NCBI GenBank assembly: GCA_030038835.1
Contig: JASHQZ010000153.1
Span: forward strand, 1 to 46,002
From: a candidate division FCPU426 bacterium
Lineage (GTDB): Bacteria > Oederibacteriota > Muellerivitia > Muellerivitales > Muellerivitaceae
Direction of reading: 5' to 3'
Length of the DNA stretch: 46,002 bases
Shown here: positions 44,630-46,002 of the stretch, piece by piece
Position numbering within the stretch: position 1 is the first letter of the stretch
Layout of the letters: each line of letters starts with the position of its first letter
Translations under genes and position numbers: made by a program
The notes under the pieces: generated by a model
Databases searched by the model: none
What the model was told of the DNA's origin: nothing
What the model saw: the letters and a program-made list of their open reading frames with translations, nothing else

Positions 44630-44905
44630 TTGACCAAAAGCGAATTGTTGGGGACGTTGGCGAACGAAACGGGCTTGAAAAAGAAGGATGTGGACAATGT
44701 TCTTCAGGCCTTGAGGAGCACGATTTACAAGACTTTGAAAAAAGAATACAAAATCAAGCTGGATGGCTTGGGCGTATTCCAATTAAAAGACCGCAAAGCC
44801 CGGATGGCCCGGAATCCCCGTACCGGTGAGATGGTCAATGTTCCGGCCAAGAAAGTCGTCAAATTCCGCGTGCTGAAAGATTTAAAGGAAGCCGTCCTGT
44901 CGTAA
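44630..44905 (+). CDS. hup: HU-family DNA-binding protein
   Basis: TKSELL, LDGLGVF, RKARMARNPRTGE, VPAKKVVKF; TTG after AGGAGG; upstream TTGCCA-N17-TATAAA. Confidence 0.96.
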   Translation: MTKSELLGTLANETGLKKKDVDNVLQALRSTIYKTLKKEYKIKLDGLGVFQLKDRKARMARNPRTGEMVNVPAKKVVKFRVLKDLKEAVLS

Positions 44906-44933
44906 AAACATCCTCCTTTTTGTCGCCCAAAAG

Positions 44934-44976
44934 AAAGCACCCTGTTTTCGTTGAAAGCGGGGTGCTTTTTTATTTT
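44934..44976 (+). terminator. Intrinsic terminator after hup
   Basis: AAAGCACCCTGTTTTC/GAAAGCGGGGTGCTTT stem followed by a T run. Confidence 0.85.
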
Positions 44977-45249
44977 GAGAGACAGGTTAAGAACTTCTGC
45001 CAAAATCTCTTTTGACCTCGGAGGATTCATGCAACTCTTCCATAAAGCTGTTAAAGAGGGTGGTAGCGCCCCGCATTTTCCCGCATCATTCCAATGGGAT
45101 GGCTGGGGAGAGGGATCCCAGAGCAAAAATCATTTATTTTTGAAGGAATTTTTATCCCTTCCTCCTTGTACTCTAAGAACTCCGTGGTTCAAATGGCCTT
45201 TGTTTTGGGGTTTTGTTAAAGGCTGAAGCCCTTCGGGTGGTGGAAAACC

Positions 45250-46002
45250 ATGCGATTGAAAGTCCCATTTTCCCTTTGGAAATTGAAATATCCTTGGGGC
45301 TTCCTGGCCCTTTTGGCGTGGGTCCTCGTGGTTTTTGGCTGTTTTTTCGCTCCCCTTTTACATTCATTGAATTTCTCCAAAACGATCCTGGATGTAAGCC
45401 GTTTTCCGGCTAATCCATTTGCCCAAAAGGCGGGAATTTGGCTAGGTTGTTTCACGGCGGCGTCCACGGGACTTTGGTGCGCTGGAATTTTATGGAGTTG
45501 CGGGCGGCGCCTACGGAAATGGCTAGCCATTCCAGCTGAAAATGGGGTTTTGGGTTTAAGCCTGGATTTGGGGCTAGGATTCTTTTTGGGGGACCTCTTT
45601 TGGACGGGTTTAGGGTTGATCCGGCTTTGGGTGGAACCCCTTTGGCTGTCAGGCGGGATTGCCTTGTCGGTGTTGTCGGTGAAGGATTTGCTCAGTTTGT
45701 CCCTGAAAAACCTCGAATTCCACTTTCCACGGCGACGATCCTTCGGCATAGGAGAGGCTTGTCTGACCGTGAGTTTTGTTTATTTTGGCTTCCTTTTCGT
45801 TCATGGATTTCTTCCGGAGACTTTTTACGACTCACTGAATTATTTCCTCGGAATACCCCAATTTTGGCTTGACCGGCACGGTATCACGGACGACCCCGGC
45901 CATCTGTATTCGGGCTTTTTCCATGGCGGTTCCCTGTGTTTTATGTACGCTTTCGTCCTGGGAGGGACGGAGGGGGCCAAGATCTTAAGCGTCCTGGTTC
46001 TG
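45250..46002 (+). CDS. 5' part of a polytopic membrane protein, probable GT-C-fold glycosyltransferase (runs off the window)
   Basis: Open for 251 codons from ATG 45250 to the window end: MRLKVPFSLW...several TM segments...LPETFYDSLNYFLGIPQFWL. Absent from the ORF track because it has no stop. Confidence 0.75.
   Translation, partial: MRLKVPFSLWKLKYPWGFLALLAWVLVVFGCFFAPLLHSLNFSKTILDVSRFPANPFAQKAGIWLGCFTAASTGLWCAGILWSCGRRLRKWLAIPAENGVLGLSLDLGLGFFLGDLFWTGLGLIRLWVEPLWLSGGIALSVLSVKDLLSLSLKNLEFHFPRRRSFGIGEACLTVSFVYFGFLFVHGFLPETFYDSLNYFLGIPQFWLDRHGITDDPGHLYSGFFHGGSLCFMYAFVLGGTEGAKILSVLVL

Noticed and set aside
45029-45226. 65-aa ORF with a GGAGG SD after hup
   Set aside because: Weak codon bias, no motif, and the 3' half runs through a repeat half-element; it may be a gene remnant but is unsupported.

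Overview
Chromosomal DNA from a GC-rich bacterium of uncertain lineage; no rRNA, tRNA, CRISPR array, transposase or prophage gene was seen. Bases 1-14,300 hold housekeeping and accessory genes: the 3' end of a protein with a sorting-domain-like tail, msrA, a SET-domain methyltransferase, a stand-alone acidic FlgE-like hook protein behind a sigma28-like promoter, an ABC-2 exporter, two BON proteins, an FKBP, pfkA, a cupin, hisN, a GT2 and glpK. Bases 14,400-38,600 are a complete dcw cluster (mraZ-rsmH-ftsL-ftsI-murE-murF-mraY-murD-ftsW-murG-murC-murB-ddl-ftsQ-ftsA-ftsZ), extended by a CE4 deacetylase, an Amidase_3 and pgeF. The cluster carries unusual insertions: two STAS proteins lacking the phospho-acceptor Ser between mraZ and rsmH, a 64-aa ORF between murF and mraY, a 51-aa basic Cys-containing ORF coupled to ftsQ, and a 52-aa ORF bridging ftsA and ftsZ that repeats the FtsA C-terminal WFGDSI motif. 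The last two are missing from the supplied ORF track. These insertions are the best candidate for an undescribed system, a dcw-embedded set of regulators or microproteins. The right end has an OGG-type glycosylase, an atypical signalling trio (degenerate NtrC-like regulator, soluble kinase, REC-Fis protein), HU and a truncated GT-C-like gene. Many intergenic gaps carry short-period inverted repeats or REP-like hairpins. All calls come from reading motifs by eye; no database search was run.
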